From an uncultured Gemmatimonadaceae bacterium (lineage in GTDB: Bacteria > Gemmatimonadota > Gemmatimonadetes > Gemmatimonadales > Gemmatimonadaceae), in assembly GCA_963781585.1 (NCBI GenBank), contig CAWAGQ010000003.1:288001-352000 (forward strand): a DNA stretch of 64,000 bases, in the 5' to 3' direction. A program made the translations under genes and the position numbers. Under the pieces are notes generated by a model that was not told where the DNA came from, did not search any database, and saw nothing but the letters and a program-made list of their open reading frames with translations. Shown piece after piece: positions 38,268 to 48,145 of this stretch (position 1 is its first letter; every line of letters begins with the position of its first letter).

Positions 38268-41200
38268 ATGCCCGAGACGCCGACTTCCCGATATCTCGAG
38301 GCCGTCACGGGTGGTGTGCTCATCTTCGATGGCGCGATGGGCACGAATATTCAGCGCCATCATCTCTCCGCGGCGGACTTCGGCGGCCGTGAGTTCGAGG
38401 GATGCAATGACCACCTCGTCCTCACCCGGCCCGACGTGGTGCGGAGCATTCACGACGCCTTCCTCGCCGTGGGCTGCGACGTCGTCGAGACCTGCACCTT
38501 TCAATCCACGCCGCGGCGGCTGGACGAGTGGGGCCTGCTGGGCAAGCTGCGCGACATCAACGTCGAGGCCGCGCGCCTGGCGCGCTCGGCGGCCGACGCG
38601 GTCGCCACCCCGGACTGGCCCCGATTCGTCGCCGGATCGATGGGACCCACCGGACTGCTCCCGTCGAGCAGCGATCCGGTGCTGTCGAATACGTCGTTCG
38701 ACACACTCAGCGAATACTTCTACCAGCAGGGCAAGTACCTGGTGGAAGGCGGTGTCGACCTCCTGCTGATCGAGACGTCGCAGGACATCCTCGAGGTGAA
38801 GGCGGCCATCGCCGGCCTGGAGCGGCTGTTCGATGAACTCGGTCGCCGAGTGCCCGTTCAGGCGCAGGTGACCCTCGACACGAGCGGGAGGATGCTGCTG
38901 GGCACGGACATCGCCAGCGCCATGACTACCATCGAGGCGTTGCGGGTGGACGTCATCGGTCTCAATTGCTCGACCGGTCCGGAGCACATGCGGGAACCGA
39001 TTCGCTTTCTCGCGGCGCACTCCGTCCGTCCGGTCTCGTGCATCCCCAATGCCGGACTCCCTCTCAACACGGGAACCGGTGACGCGGTCTATCCGCTCGA
39101 ACCGGACCCGATGGCCCGGATGCTGGCCGAGTTCGTGCGCGATTTCGGCGTACGCATCGTGGGAGGATGCTGCGGCACAACGCCAGAACATCTCGCCGCG
39201 CTCGTCCGCCAGGTAGACGCCCTCGGCGTGCGACGCAACGGGAAGGACGTCGGCGCTGCGTTCCCTGCGACATCGAGGTGGCGCCCCTCGCCGCTCGTGC
39301 CGCGAGTGTCGAGCGCCATGCGCGCTATCACCCTGCACCAGGATCCTCCGCCGCTGCTGGTGGGCGAGCGTGTGAATTCGCAGGGTTCGCGCAAGGTGAA
39401 GCGCCTCCTCCTGGCCGACGACTATGAGGGAATACTCGAGGTGGCGCGCGAGCAGGCCGAATCAGGCGCCCACGTCCTCGACGTCTGCGTGGCGCTCACC
39501 GAGCGCGGCGACGAGTCGGAGCAGATGGCGGAGGTGGTCAAGCTACTCTCGATGAGCGTCGAGACGCCGCTCATGATCGACTCCACCGAAGCCGACGTGA
39601 TCGCTCGCGCCCTGGAACACGTCCCCGGCCGCGCCATCATCAACTCCATCAACATGGAGAACGGCCGCAAGCGGATCGACGCGGTGGTGCCGCTCGCCCG
39701 CAAGCATGGCGCGGCGCTGGTGGCCCTGACGATCGACGAAACCGGGATGGCGAGGACCCGACAACGGAAGCTCGACGTCGCGCGGAAGATCCACGACATC
39801 GTGGTGGGCGAGTACGGTCTTGCCCCCTCCGACCTCATCTTCGACGCGCTCACGTTCACGCTCGCCACCGGCGATGCGGAGTGGATCGACTCCGCTGTCG
39901 AGACCATCGAGGGTATCCGGCTCATCAAGCGCGAGCTGCCGGGTGTCCTGACCAACCTTGGCGTCTCCAACGTCAGCTTCGGCCTCGCGCCGGGCGCGCG
40001 CGCGGTGCTCAACTCCATCTTTCTGCACCATTGCGTGGAGGCGGGGCTCGACGCGGCCATCGTCAACCCGGCACACATCACGCCCTACGCCGAGATTCCG
40101 CCTGACGAACGCACGCTCGCCGACGATCTGGTCTTCAACCGGCGCCCCGACGCGCTGCAGAGATTCATCGAGCACTTCGAGACGAGCACCCGGGGGCGAC
40201 TGGCGACGGACGGCGAGCGCGAGGATCCGACCGCCGGGCTCGGGCCCGACGCGCGTGTGCACTGGATGATCGTCCATCGGAAGAAGGAGGGGATCGAGGA
40301 CGCGCTGGACGCGGCCGGCGTGCGTGAGGCGCCGGTCCGGGTGCTCAACGAAGTGATGCTTCCGGCGATGAAGGAGGTCGGCGACAAGTTCGGCGCCGGC
40401 GAGTTGATTCTCCCATTCGTGCTCCAGTCGGCCGAGGTCATGAAACGCGCGGTCCGACACCTGGAGCAGTTCCTGGAGCGCCAGGAGGGCTACACCAAGG
40501 GCCGGGTGGTTCTGGCCACCGTGTATGGCGACGTGCACGACATCGGCAAGTCGCTGGTCAACACCATCCTGTCGAACAACGGCTACACCGTTTTCGACCT
40601 GGGGAAGCAGGTGCCGGTGAACACCATCATCGAGAAGGCGGTGGACGTGAACGCCGATGCCATCGGGTTGTCGGCGCTGCTGGTCTCCACGTCCAAGCAG
40701 ATGCCGCTCTGTGTACAGGAGCTCGACCGGCGCGGGATGCGCATCCCGGTGCTCATCGGCGGCGCCGCTATCAACCGCCGCTTCGGACGCCGCGCGCTGT
40801 TCGTCGAGGGCGAGCGTGCCTACGACTCCGGCGTGTTCTACTGCAAGGACGCCTTCGAGGGCCTCGAGACGATGGATGCGCTCACCGACGGCGACGCCAG
40901 GGCGCGCCTGGTACGGCGCGTCATCGACGAGGCGCGAGCAGACGTCTTCCTGCACGCCGCCGTCGGCAAGGAAACCCCCGGTGGAACCACGAGCACCCTG
41001 CGCAGCAGCGTCTCCGCGGATCATCCCGTGCCCGCCGCGCCGTTCTATGGCGCCCGGGTCGTTCGCGACATTCCGTTGGGCGAGGTGCTGGACCTGCTAG
41101 ACCTGAACGAGCTGTATCGGCTGCAGTGGGGAGGACGTGGCTCCGGCGAAACCTATGACGCAATGGTGCGCGACCTGTTCGAGCCCACGCGGGACCGACT

Positions 41201-41933
41201 CAGGGCCGAGACGCTCGCGCAGGGATGGTTGGCGCCGAGCGCCGTCTACGGCTACTTCCCCGTGCAATCGACCGGGAACGACGTCGTGGTGTACGACCCG
41301 GCCGCTTTCCAGAGCGACGGCGGGGCCCTCCGCGAAATCGCCCGCTTTCGGTTCCCCAGGCAGGACGGACGTGAGCGCCTGTGCCTCGCAGACTACTTCC
41401 GCAGCGTGGAGTCGGGCGACGTGGATGTCATTGCCCTTCAGGTGGTGACGGTGGGTGAGACCGCGACGCTGCGATTCGAGGAGCTGCAGAGTCTCGGTGA
41501 ATACACGGAGGCGTACTACACCCACGGCTTCGCTGTCGAAGCCGCCGAGGCCCTCGCCGAATGGATGCATCGCCGTGTCCGGCGCGAGCTAGGTCTCGCC
41601 GAGGGGCGCGGCAAGCGCTACTCGTGGGGCTACGGCGCCTGTCCCGACCTCGACGACCACGCGCTGGTATTCAGGCTGCTGCCGGCCGTGGACGCACTGG
41701 GGATGCAGCTCACCAGCGCGTTCCAGCTGGTCCCCGAACAGAGCACTGCCGCGATGATCGTCCACCATCCGGAGGCGAAGTACTACGCCGTACGCGGCCA
41801 ACCGGGAGAAGGGGCGGACGTACCGACCGCCAAGGCGGCAGACGGCGATCCGCCCGGTCTGACCGCTCGCGAAGCAGCCGGCACTGCCGCGGCCGCCACT
41901 GACGGCGGTTCCAGCCGGAAATCCGTGGCGTGA
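38268..41933 (+). CDS. metH: Cobalamin-dependent methionine synthase
   Basis: FDGAMGT, GLNCSTGP, PNAGLP, GGCCGT, GERVN, GDVHDIGK, RYSWGYGACPD. Confidence 0.96.
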   Translation: MPETPTSRYLEAVTGGVLIFDGAMGTNIQRHHLSAADFGGREFEGCNDHLVLTRPDVVRSIHDAFLAVGCDVVETCTFQSTPRRLDEWGLLGKLRDINVEAARLARSAADAVATPDWPRFVAGSMGPTGLLPSSSDPVLSNTSFDTLSEYFYQQGKYLVEGGVDLLLIETSQDILEVKAAIAGLERLFDELGRRVPVQAQVTLDTSGRMLLGTDIASAMTTIEALRVDVIGLNCSTGPEHMREPIRFLAAHSVRPVSCIPNAGLPLNTGTGDAVYPLEPDPMARMLAEFVRDFGVRIVGGCCGTTPEHLAALVRQVDALGVRRNGKDVGAAFPATSRWRPSPLVPRVSSAMRAITLHQDPPPLLVGERVNSQGSRKVKRLLLADDYEGILEVAREQAESGAHVLDVCVALTERGDESEQMAEVVKLLSMSVETPLMIDSTEADVIARALEHVPGRAIINSINMENGRKRIDAVVPLARKHGAALVALTIDETGMARTRQRKLDVARKIHDIVVGEYGLAPSDLIFDALTFTLATGDAEWIDSAVETIEGIRLIKRELPGVLTNLGVSNVSFGLAPGARAVLNSIFLHHCVEAGLDAAIVNPAHITPYAEIPPDERTLADDLVFNRRPDALQRFIEHFETSTRGRLATDGEREDPTAGLGPDARVHWMIVHRKKEGIEDALDAAGVREAPVRVLNEVMLPAMKEVGDKFGAGELILPFVLQSAEVMKRAVRHLEQFLERQEGYTKGRVVLATVYGDVHDIGKSLVNTILSNNGYTVFDLGKQVPVNTIIEKAVDVNADAIGLSALLVSTSKQMPLCVQELDRRGMRIPVLIGGAAINRRFGRRALFVEGERAYDSGVFYCKDAFEGLETMDALTDGDARARLVRRVIDEARADVFLHAAVGKETPGGTTSTLRSSVSADHPVPAAPFYGARVVRDIPLGEVLDLLDLNELYRLQWGGRGSGETYDAMVRDLFEPTRDRLRAETLAQGWLAPSAVYGYFPVQSTGNDVVVYDPAAFQSDGGALREIARFRFPRQDGRERLCLADYFRSVESGDVDVIALQVVTVGETATLRFEELQSLGEYTEAYYTHGFAVEAAEALAEWMHRRVRRELGLAEGRGKRYSWGYGACPDLDDHALVFRLLPAVDALGMQLTSAFQLVPEQSTAAMIVHHPEAKYYAVRGQPGEGADVPTAKAADGDPPGLTAREAAGTAAAATDGGSSRKSVA

Positions 41934-43839
41934 CTCGCTCCGCCCTGCTCGATCGCCTTCTCCATCCCGAGTCCGTGGTGCTGTTCGACGGCGCCATGGG
42001 CACCATGCTGTACGCCAAGGGCGTCTTCATCAACCAGTGCTACGACGAGTTGAATCTTCGCGCGCCGGACCTGGTGCGCGACGTTCACGCCGCCTACGTC
42101 GCGGCCGGGGCCGAGGTCCTCGAGACCAACTCCTTCGGCGCCAATCGGGTGAAACTGTCGCAATATGGCCTCGAAGCGCACGTGGGCGATTACAATCGCG
42201 CCGCGGCGCGGGTGGCCCGCGAGGCGGCTGGTGACGACCGATTGATCGCCGGCGCCGTCGGGCCGCTCGGCGTCCGGATCGAGCCCTACGGGCCGACCGG
42301 GGTGGAGGAGGCGCGCGCCTCCTTTGCGGAGCAGATGGCGGCGCTGCAGGAAGGCGGCGCCGACTGCTTCATTCTGGAGACGTTCGGCGACGTGGACGAA
42401 ATCGCGCAGGCGATCCTTGCGGCCCGCGACGTGGATTCCGCGCTTCCGGTCATCGCCCAGATGACGATCACGACCGAGGGCCGAACCCCGTTCGGCGCGA
42501 CCCCGGAAGACGTGGCGCGCCGGCTCGATGCGCTCGGCGCGGACATCATCGGCCTCAATTGCTCGGTCGGGCCACAGGGCATCCTCGAGGCCATCGAGCG
42601 GATGGCCCCGGTGACGCGCCGCAAGCTCAGCGCCCAGCCTAACGCGGGAATGCCGCGCGATGTGGGCGGGCGCAGCATGTACATGGCGAGCCCCGAGTAC
42701 ATGGCCACCTACGCGAGGCACCTGGTCCAGGCGGGGGCCCGCGTGGTGGGTGGCTGCTGCGGCACGACACCCGATCACATCCGGGCGATCGTGCAGGGCA
42801 TCCGCCCGCTCGTGCCCAGGATGCCGCGACCCGGACTCGGGTCACCGTCAGCCCCGCTCCGGATTCCCGGCAACCGGCTGCGGCCACTCACCCCGCCGGC
42901 GCCCCTCCCGTGCCCTTCGGTGAGCGGTCGCGCTTCGCGGCCCGACTCGCCCGCGGAGAGATGGTCACCTCGGTGGAGATCGTCCCGCCGCGCGGTGTAG
43001 ATGCCACGAAGATGCTGGCCGACGTGTCCGCCCTGAAGCAGGCCGGGATCGACGCCGTCAACGTCCCCGACGGCCCGCGCGCCCAGAGCCGCATGGGCGC
43101 CATGATGACCAGTCTGCTGATCGAACAGTCGATCGGGATCGAAACGGTCACCCATTACTGCTGCCGCGACCGCAACCTGCTGGGAATGCTCAGCGATCTG
43201 CTCGGGGCGTCGGCGCTGGGCCTGCGCAACATCCTGCTGATCACCGGCGATCCACCCAAAATGGGACCGTACCCCGACGCGACCGCCGTCTTCGACATCG
43301 ATGCGATTGGACTCACCAACCTGGTGCGGAACCTGAATCACGGCCTCGATCCAGGTGGCAATCCGATCGGCGCACCCACCCGCTACGTCATCGGCGTCGG
43401 GTGCAATCCTGCGGCCGTCGATCCCGCCCTCGAGCTGCGACGATTCGAGTACAAGGTGGAGGCGGGCGCCGAATACGCCATCACCCAGCCGGTATTCGAT
43501 ACCGCGCAGCTGGAACACTTCCTCCGCCAGATCGCGCACGTGCGCCTGCCCGTCATTGCCGGCATCTGGCCCCTGGTGTCGGTGCGCAACGCCGAATTCC
43601 TCGCGAACGAGGTCCCCGGCGTCGTGGTACCGGACGAAATCATCACCCGCATGCGACGAGCCAACGAACGCTCGCGCGAGCACGCAGTGGCCGAAGGCAT
43701 CGCCATCGCCCGGGAAATGTTCGACCGCGTCCGGGGCTCGGTGCAGGGAATCCAGGTCGCGGCGCCCTTCGGGAAGGTGAATCTCGCACTGGAGGTACTC
43801 GCCGCGCAGTCGGTGGTCCCTGCCCCAGCCCCTGCCTGA
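41930..43839 (+). CDS. Bifunctional homocysteine S-methyltransferase / methylenetetrahydrofolate reductase (YitJ-like), interrupted by one frameshift near 42820-42835
   Basis: HMT domain (DGAMGT, GLNCSVGP, GGCCGTTP) in ORF 41930-43000; MetF domain (VEIVPP, CCRDRN, ITGDPP, ITQPVFD) in ORF 42910-43839. Confidence 0.88.
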
Positions 43840-43983
43840 CGGCCGTGGGGCGGACCGCCGTGGTTCCGCGACCGCCTCTCGTCGCACTATTCTATCGAAT
43901 GCCGAGCACCGCCCCTGCCTGCCTGAGCGCCCGTCCCTTCACGGTGCCGTTACCCAAGCGGGCCCAGCGCGCCTTCGTCTGAC

Positions 43984-45153
43984 ATGACCGAGTCCGTGTC
44001 CCTCAGCCCCCCAAGCCCTCTCTCGCTGCTCACGGAAGACGAGGTGCTGTTCCGCGACGCCGTCGCCGCGTTCGCGCACGAGCATGTGCGCCCGCGGGTA
44101 CGGGCGATGGAGGAGAAGGGGAAGATCGATCCGGCGCTGATCGCCGACGCGTTCGCGCTCGGCCTGATGGGAATCGAAGTGGAAGAGCGGTTTGGCGGAG
44201 CGGCTGGGTCGATGATGATGGTCACCCTTGCGGTGGAGGAAATCAGTGCGGTCGACGCATCCGTTGCGATCGCGGTCGACGTGCAGAACACGCTCGTCAA
44301 CTATCCGATCAGCCGGTACGGGACCGAGGACCAGAAGGCTCGGTTCTTCCCGCACCTCACCACCTCCAGAATTGGCGCGTATGCGTTGTCCGAGCCTGGA
44401 TCCGGATCGGATGCGTTCGGGCTGGCAACGCGCGCCGAACGGGACGGCGATCGGTGGCTGCTGAGCGGGCGGAAGATGTGGATCACCAACGGCGCCGAAG
44501 CCGAGGTGTTCGTCGTCTTCGCCAACGCCAATCCCGCCGCGGGCTACAAGGGAATCACCGCCTTCCTGGTCGAGCGGGACCGTCCCGGGTTCAAGGTCGG
44601 CAAGAAAGAGGAAAAGCTCGGCATCCGGGCCTCCAGCACAGTTGAGCTGATGCTCGATCAATGCGAGCTGCCGGATGAGAACGTCCTTGGTCCGGTTGGC
44701 CAGGGCTACAAGATCGCGATCGACACGCTGAACGGCGGGAGGGTCGGTATCGGCGCGCAGATGATCGGCATCGCACGCGGCGCCCTCGACGCCGCCGTCG
44801 CCTACACGAAGGAGCGGCAGCAGTTCGGCAAACCGGTCGCCGATTTCCAGGCGGTGCAGTTTCAGCTGGCCCAGGCTGCCACCGAGCTCGAGGCGGCGCG
44901 GCTCATGGTGTACAACGCGGCCCGCCTGCGCGATGCAGGCCGCGACATTCAGAAGGAAGGCGCCATGGCCAAGCTCTTCTCCTCGCAGGTGTGCGAGCGC
45001 GTGACGTCGCTGTGCGTTGAGCTGTTCGGCGGCTATGGCTACACCAGAGACTTTCCGGTGGAGAAGTTCTATCGCGACGCGAAGATCGGAACGATCTACG
45101 AGGGTACGTCCAACATGCAGCTGCACACGATCGCCAAGCACGTGCTGGGCTGA
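43984..45153 (+). CDS. Acyl-CoA dehydrogenase (short/branched-chain type)
   Basis: YALSEPGSGSDA, KMWITNG, KLGIRASST, RQQFGK, GGYGY, IYEGTSN. Confidence 0.95.
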   Translation: MTESVSLSPPSPLSLLTEDEVLFRDAVAAFAHEHVRPRVRAMEEKGKIDPALIADAFALGLMGIEVEERFGGAAGSMMMVTLAVEEISAVDASVAIAVDVQNTLVNYPISRYGTEDQKARFFPHLTTSRIGAYALSEPGSGSDAFGLATRAERDGDRWLLSGRKMWITNGAEAEVFVVFANANPAAGYKGITAFLVERDRPGFKVGKKEEKLGIRASSTVELMLDQCELPDENVLGPVGQGYKIAIDTLNGGRVGIGAQMIGIARGALDAAVAYTKERQQFGKPVADFQAVQFQLAQAATELEAARLMVYNAARLRDAGRDIQKEGAMAKLFSSQVCERVTSLCVELFGGYGYTRDFPVEKFYRDAKIGTIYEGTSNMQLHTIAKHVLG

Positions 45154-45199
45154 TAGCGACGGTCTGGCCGGCTCCCGTCATGCGACGGTCGATCGAGCG

Positions 45200-46918
45200 T
45201 CAGCGTCCCCGCACCGACCATGGCAGCCGGCGGCGCTGTACCTTGGCATCGAGCACCGTGAGATCACCCAGGGCATTGATGGTGTGCACGCCGCGCAGAC
45301 CTGGCGCCCAGTGCGGAAGCAGGTGCGCCACTGGCTCCTCGACGTATTCACGTTCGTCAAGGGTAACGATGCGTTGGAGGCTCAGCCCGGACCCGTACCC
45401 GCGGGAGGAATCCTGGGCGGGTCGGTACCACCTGCCCCCTCGCTCGAAGAGTCCGCCCGCAGGACGAGAGCTCCGAACGTCACTGACTACCGGATTTCTC
45501 CGATGCGGAGTCCAGGGTCCGAGCGGCGAGTCGCCGAAGAAGACGTGTAACTCATTGGCCAGCGACCCGCAGCCCGCCTCGGCGTTCGCGAACAGCCACC
45601 ACCGATTGCCGATCAAGGCGAGCGTGGAATCAACCAGCACTCTATCATCGAAAAACACGGTTTCAAGCGTCCAGTCGGTCGGGAAGCGCACCGCCCGGTA
45701 CACTTCCACCCGCCGGGCCGCGCCAGATTCCGGCAGCAGGAAGTGCGCGCCGCGCCAGGTGAACAGGAACGGATATGACAGATGATGGGGCTCCCGCAGC
45801 ACTGGCTCAGGGACACCGACGGGGCCCTTCTCGCCCAGCTCGAGCAGGGCGATGTGTCCCTTGCCGCTTCCGTAGATGTATTCCTCCAGAAAGACGAAAT
45901 CCCGTCCTTCGTGCCGTGCCGGAAACGGGTCCGCCCAGAATCGGTCAGCCGGAGGCATGATGAGAGTGAACCGATATGGCACCATTTCCGGCTCCCGAGA
46001 GTCCGCGGTCCGACCTTTCCGGCGTGCCCAGGCCAGGAACCATTGCTGGTACCCGAATCGATCGCTCCACTGCGCGCCCGCATATCGGCGGGCGAGGCGA
46101 GCGAGATGCGGGACCAGCTCGCGATTCGTCGGCACCCGGTATAGAGGTGTGTCGTATGTGACTGGATCGATGGAACGGGCGTCGTCCTCCTCCAGCGCCT
46201 TGGAGCCATCGACCGCCGCATCGCGCAGCTTTCGCGACAGAAACTCCGCACTCCGCCAGTAGAGATCCCGTCGGTTTCGGTTGACGGAGTACCGATTCGT
46301 CGCGCCGCTCGATCGATAGATGACCCGCCCGTCATCCAGGTCCTCGGTGAGCACCTGAAGCACGGTCCCGGTGGTGGGTTGATCAAGCATCACTTCCCAG
46401 AAACCGGCAGGTCCGCCCCGATTCACGCGGTTGTCGCCGTGATGATAGGACCACACGCCATACCGTGCAGCCGAGAGCACCCGGCCACGCAGGATCCTGA
46501 ATCCGAATCGAACCAGCACGTCGAGATCTGCGTCGCGAATCGCGTCGACATCGGTGTCCGACAGGTAGTCCGAGAACCGGGTCATGCGCGGGACAACGTC
46601 GAGCAGCGGGACGCCGGCCGCCAACTCTCCCAGCGGTCGGTAGGCGAAGGGATCGTCATTCGTACCAAACCACCAGTTGTCGATGCGCCGGTAGAGTGCA
46701 TGCAGCAGGTAGCGACGGTTGCGGTACACCGCACGCACGCGCGCCGAGGCTCCACCGCGCGCTGGGGCAACCGGCGCCGCATTCCGCACTATGAGTCCGA
46801 CCCGGGACGTACCCGCCTCGACCGTCCGCTCCATCGCGCGAATGACCCACGCCGGCTGATCGAGAGAGTCCACAAGCAGACCGATGCGCAGCGGCTCTGG
46901 CCGCAGGGACACTGTCAC
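45200..46918 (-). CDS. Formyltransferase-like N-domain fused to GH43-like beta-propeller (GINT1-N-like) protein
   Basis: RFGFRILRG, GVWSYHHGD, RGGPAGFWE, LDDG; FWADPF, HLSYPF, RPAQD. Confidence 0.72.
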   Translation of the reverse strand: MTVSLRPEPLRIGLLVDSLDQPAWVIRAMERTVEAGTSRVGLIVRNAAPVAPARGGASARVRAVYRNRRYLLHALYRRIDNWWFGTNDDPFAYRPLGELAAGVPLLDVVPRMTRFSDYLSDTDVDAIRDADLDVLVRFGFRILRGRVLSAARYGVWSYHHGDNRVNRGGPAGFWEVMLDQPTTGTVLQVLTEDLDDGRVIYRSSGATNRYSVNRNRRDLYWRSAEFLSRKLRDAAVDGSKALEEDDARSIDPVTYDTPLYRVPTNRELVPHLARLARRYAGAQWSDRFGYQQWFLAWARRKGRTADSREPEMVPYRFTLIMPPADRFWADPFPARHEGRDFVFLEEYIYGSGKGHIALLELGEKGPVGVPEPVLREPHHLSYPFLFTWRGAHFLLPESGAARRVEVYRAVRFPTDWTLETVFFDDRVLVDSTLALIGNRWWLFANAEAGCGSLANELHVFFGDSPLGPWTPHRRNPVVSDVRSSRPAGGLFERGGRWYRPAQDSSRGYGSGLSLQRIVTLDEREYVEEPVAHLLPHWAPGLRGVHTINALGDLTVLDAKVQRRRLPWSVRGR

Positions 46919-47209
46919 TGGCAGGTCGGCTCGAATGATCCCGGGTACCTGGAGGGATGATGCTCGGCAAGTTTACTGAACCGGCGAAGAGTCATTCGAG
47001 CTGATGGCGAATACGCCAGGCTGGAGCTCAGGACGTGTCGGCGGTCCCAGACGCGCCACGAGGGCCGGTGCGCGGAATGTACGGGACCGAGGAAACGTCG
47101 GCAACGCGACGCATCCCGACGGGACGACCTGCCCCAGAAAACCGGCGTTGCGGGGCCCTGGTCCTCCGTACATCGTCCGGGCGGTTCTCTCTTCTCCTCG
47201 CGAAGTCCT

Positions 47210-47575
47210 GTGACGCCCTCCCCCGATCCAACTGCCACGTCACGCGCTGAACAGACGCAGGCCGCGATCGCGCATTGGGAGAAGAATCGCGCCATGGGTC
47301 GCACCGACTTCATCTTTCGTCGCGGCGTGATCGGCTGGGGCATTCCCGCTGCCGTTCTCACGATCGCCTACAAGATCGTTCAGGAACAGGGATTGCGGAC
47401 TGCTCCGCACATGACGGACACCCTGCGCACTGCCGTCGTCGTGGCGGTCGTGGTCTTCCCCCTCTGCGGCTGGCTCTTCGGAAGGTGGCTCTGGAGCACC
47501 GGCGAGGCGCGATATCGATCGATGGTGGGATTTGACCGCGCGGCGCGAACCGGCGCGCCGGGGCCCGGCGCCTGA
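47210..47575 (+). CDS. Hypothetical 2-TM membrane protein
   Basis: WEKNRAMGR..FIFRRGVIGWG; two hydrophobic segments. Confidence 0.7.
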   Translation: MTPSPDPTATSRAEQTQAAIAHWEKNRAMGRTDFIFRRGVIGWGIPAAVLTIAYKIVQEQGLRTAPHMTDTLRTAVVVAVVVFPLCGWLFGRWLWSTGEARYRSMVGFDRAARTGAPGPGA

Positions 47576-47627
47576 CGCGTCGCATCACTCCCGTTATCGC
47601 TCCGTCCCCGGGCCGGAATCCACAGGC

Positions 47628-48122
47628 ATGAACACCGAGGTCACGCGGATCCGCGGCGAACTGCAGCGCATGTATCAGGGGCCGGCGTGGCATGGCCCCA
47701 GCCTTCGCGAGGCATTGCAGGACGTCGGCGCGAGAGAGGCCGCAGCGCGTCCGCTCCCCGGTGCGCATTCGATCTACGAGCTGACGCATCACGTCGCCGC
47801 CTGGATCGACGAGGTGCGGTCCCGTCTGCTCGGGTCGCCGCCCGGCCAGCCGGCCTTCGGGGACTGGCCGCCGGCAAGTCTCCGCGTCGATGATGCGGCG
47901 TGGCGTGCCGTGCACGACCGCCTCGACGCCGTGCACGCTGCGTTGATGGAAACGCTGACCACGTTCGAAGATGTGCGCCTGCAGCAGACGTACCCGTCGG
48001 TCGATTCCACCGCGCCCGGTGTGGTGACGTTTTACGTCCTGCTCCACGGCTTGGTCCAGCACAACGCCTACCACGCCGGCCAGATGGTGTTGCTCCGAAA
48101 TGCGCTGAGGCGGGGCACCTGA
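47628..48122 (+). CDS. DinB family protein
   Basis: AWHGPS, HSIYELTHH, GLVQHNAYHAGQ. Confidence 0.88.
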   Translation: MNTEVTRIRGELQRMYQGPAWHGPSLREALQDVGAREAAARPLPGAHSIYELTHHVAAWIDEVRSRLLGSPPGQPAFGDWPPASLRVDDAAWRAVHDRLDAVHAALMETLTTFEDVRLQQTYPSVDSTAPGVVTFYVLLHGLVQHNAYHAGQMVLLRNALRRGT

Positions 48123-48145
48123 ACGCCGGGCCCCGAAGGCGCCGC

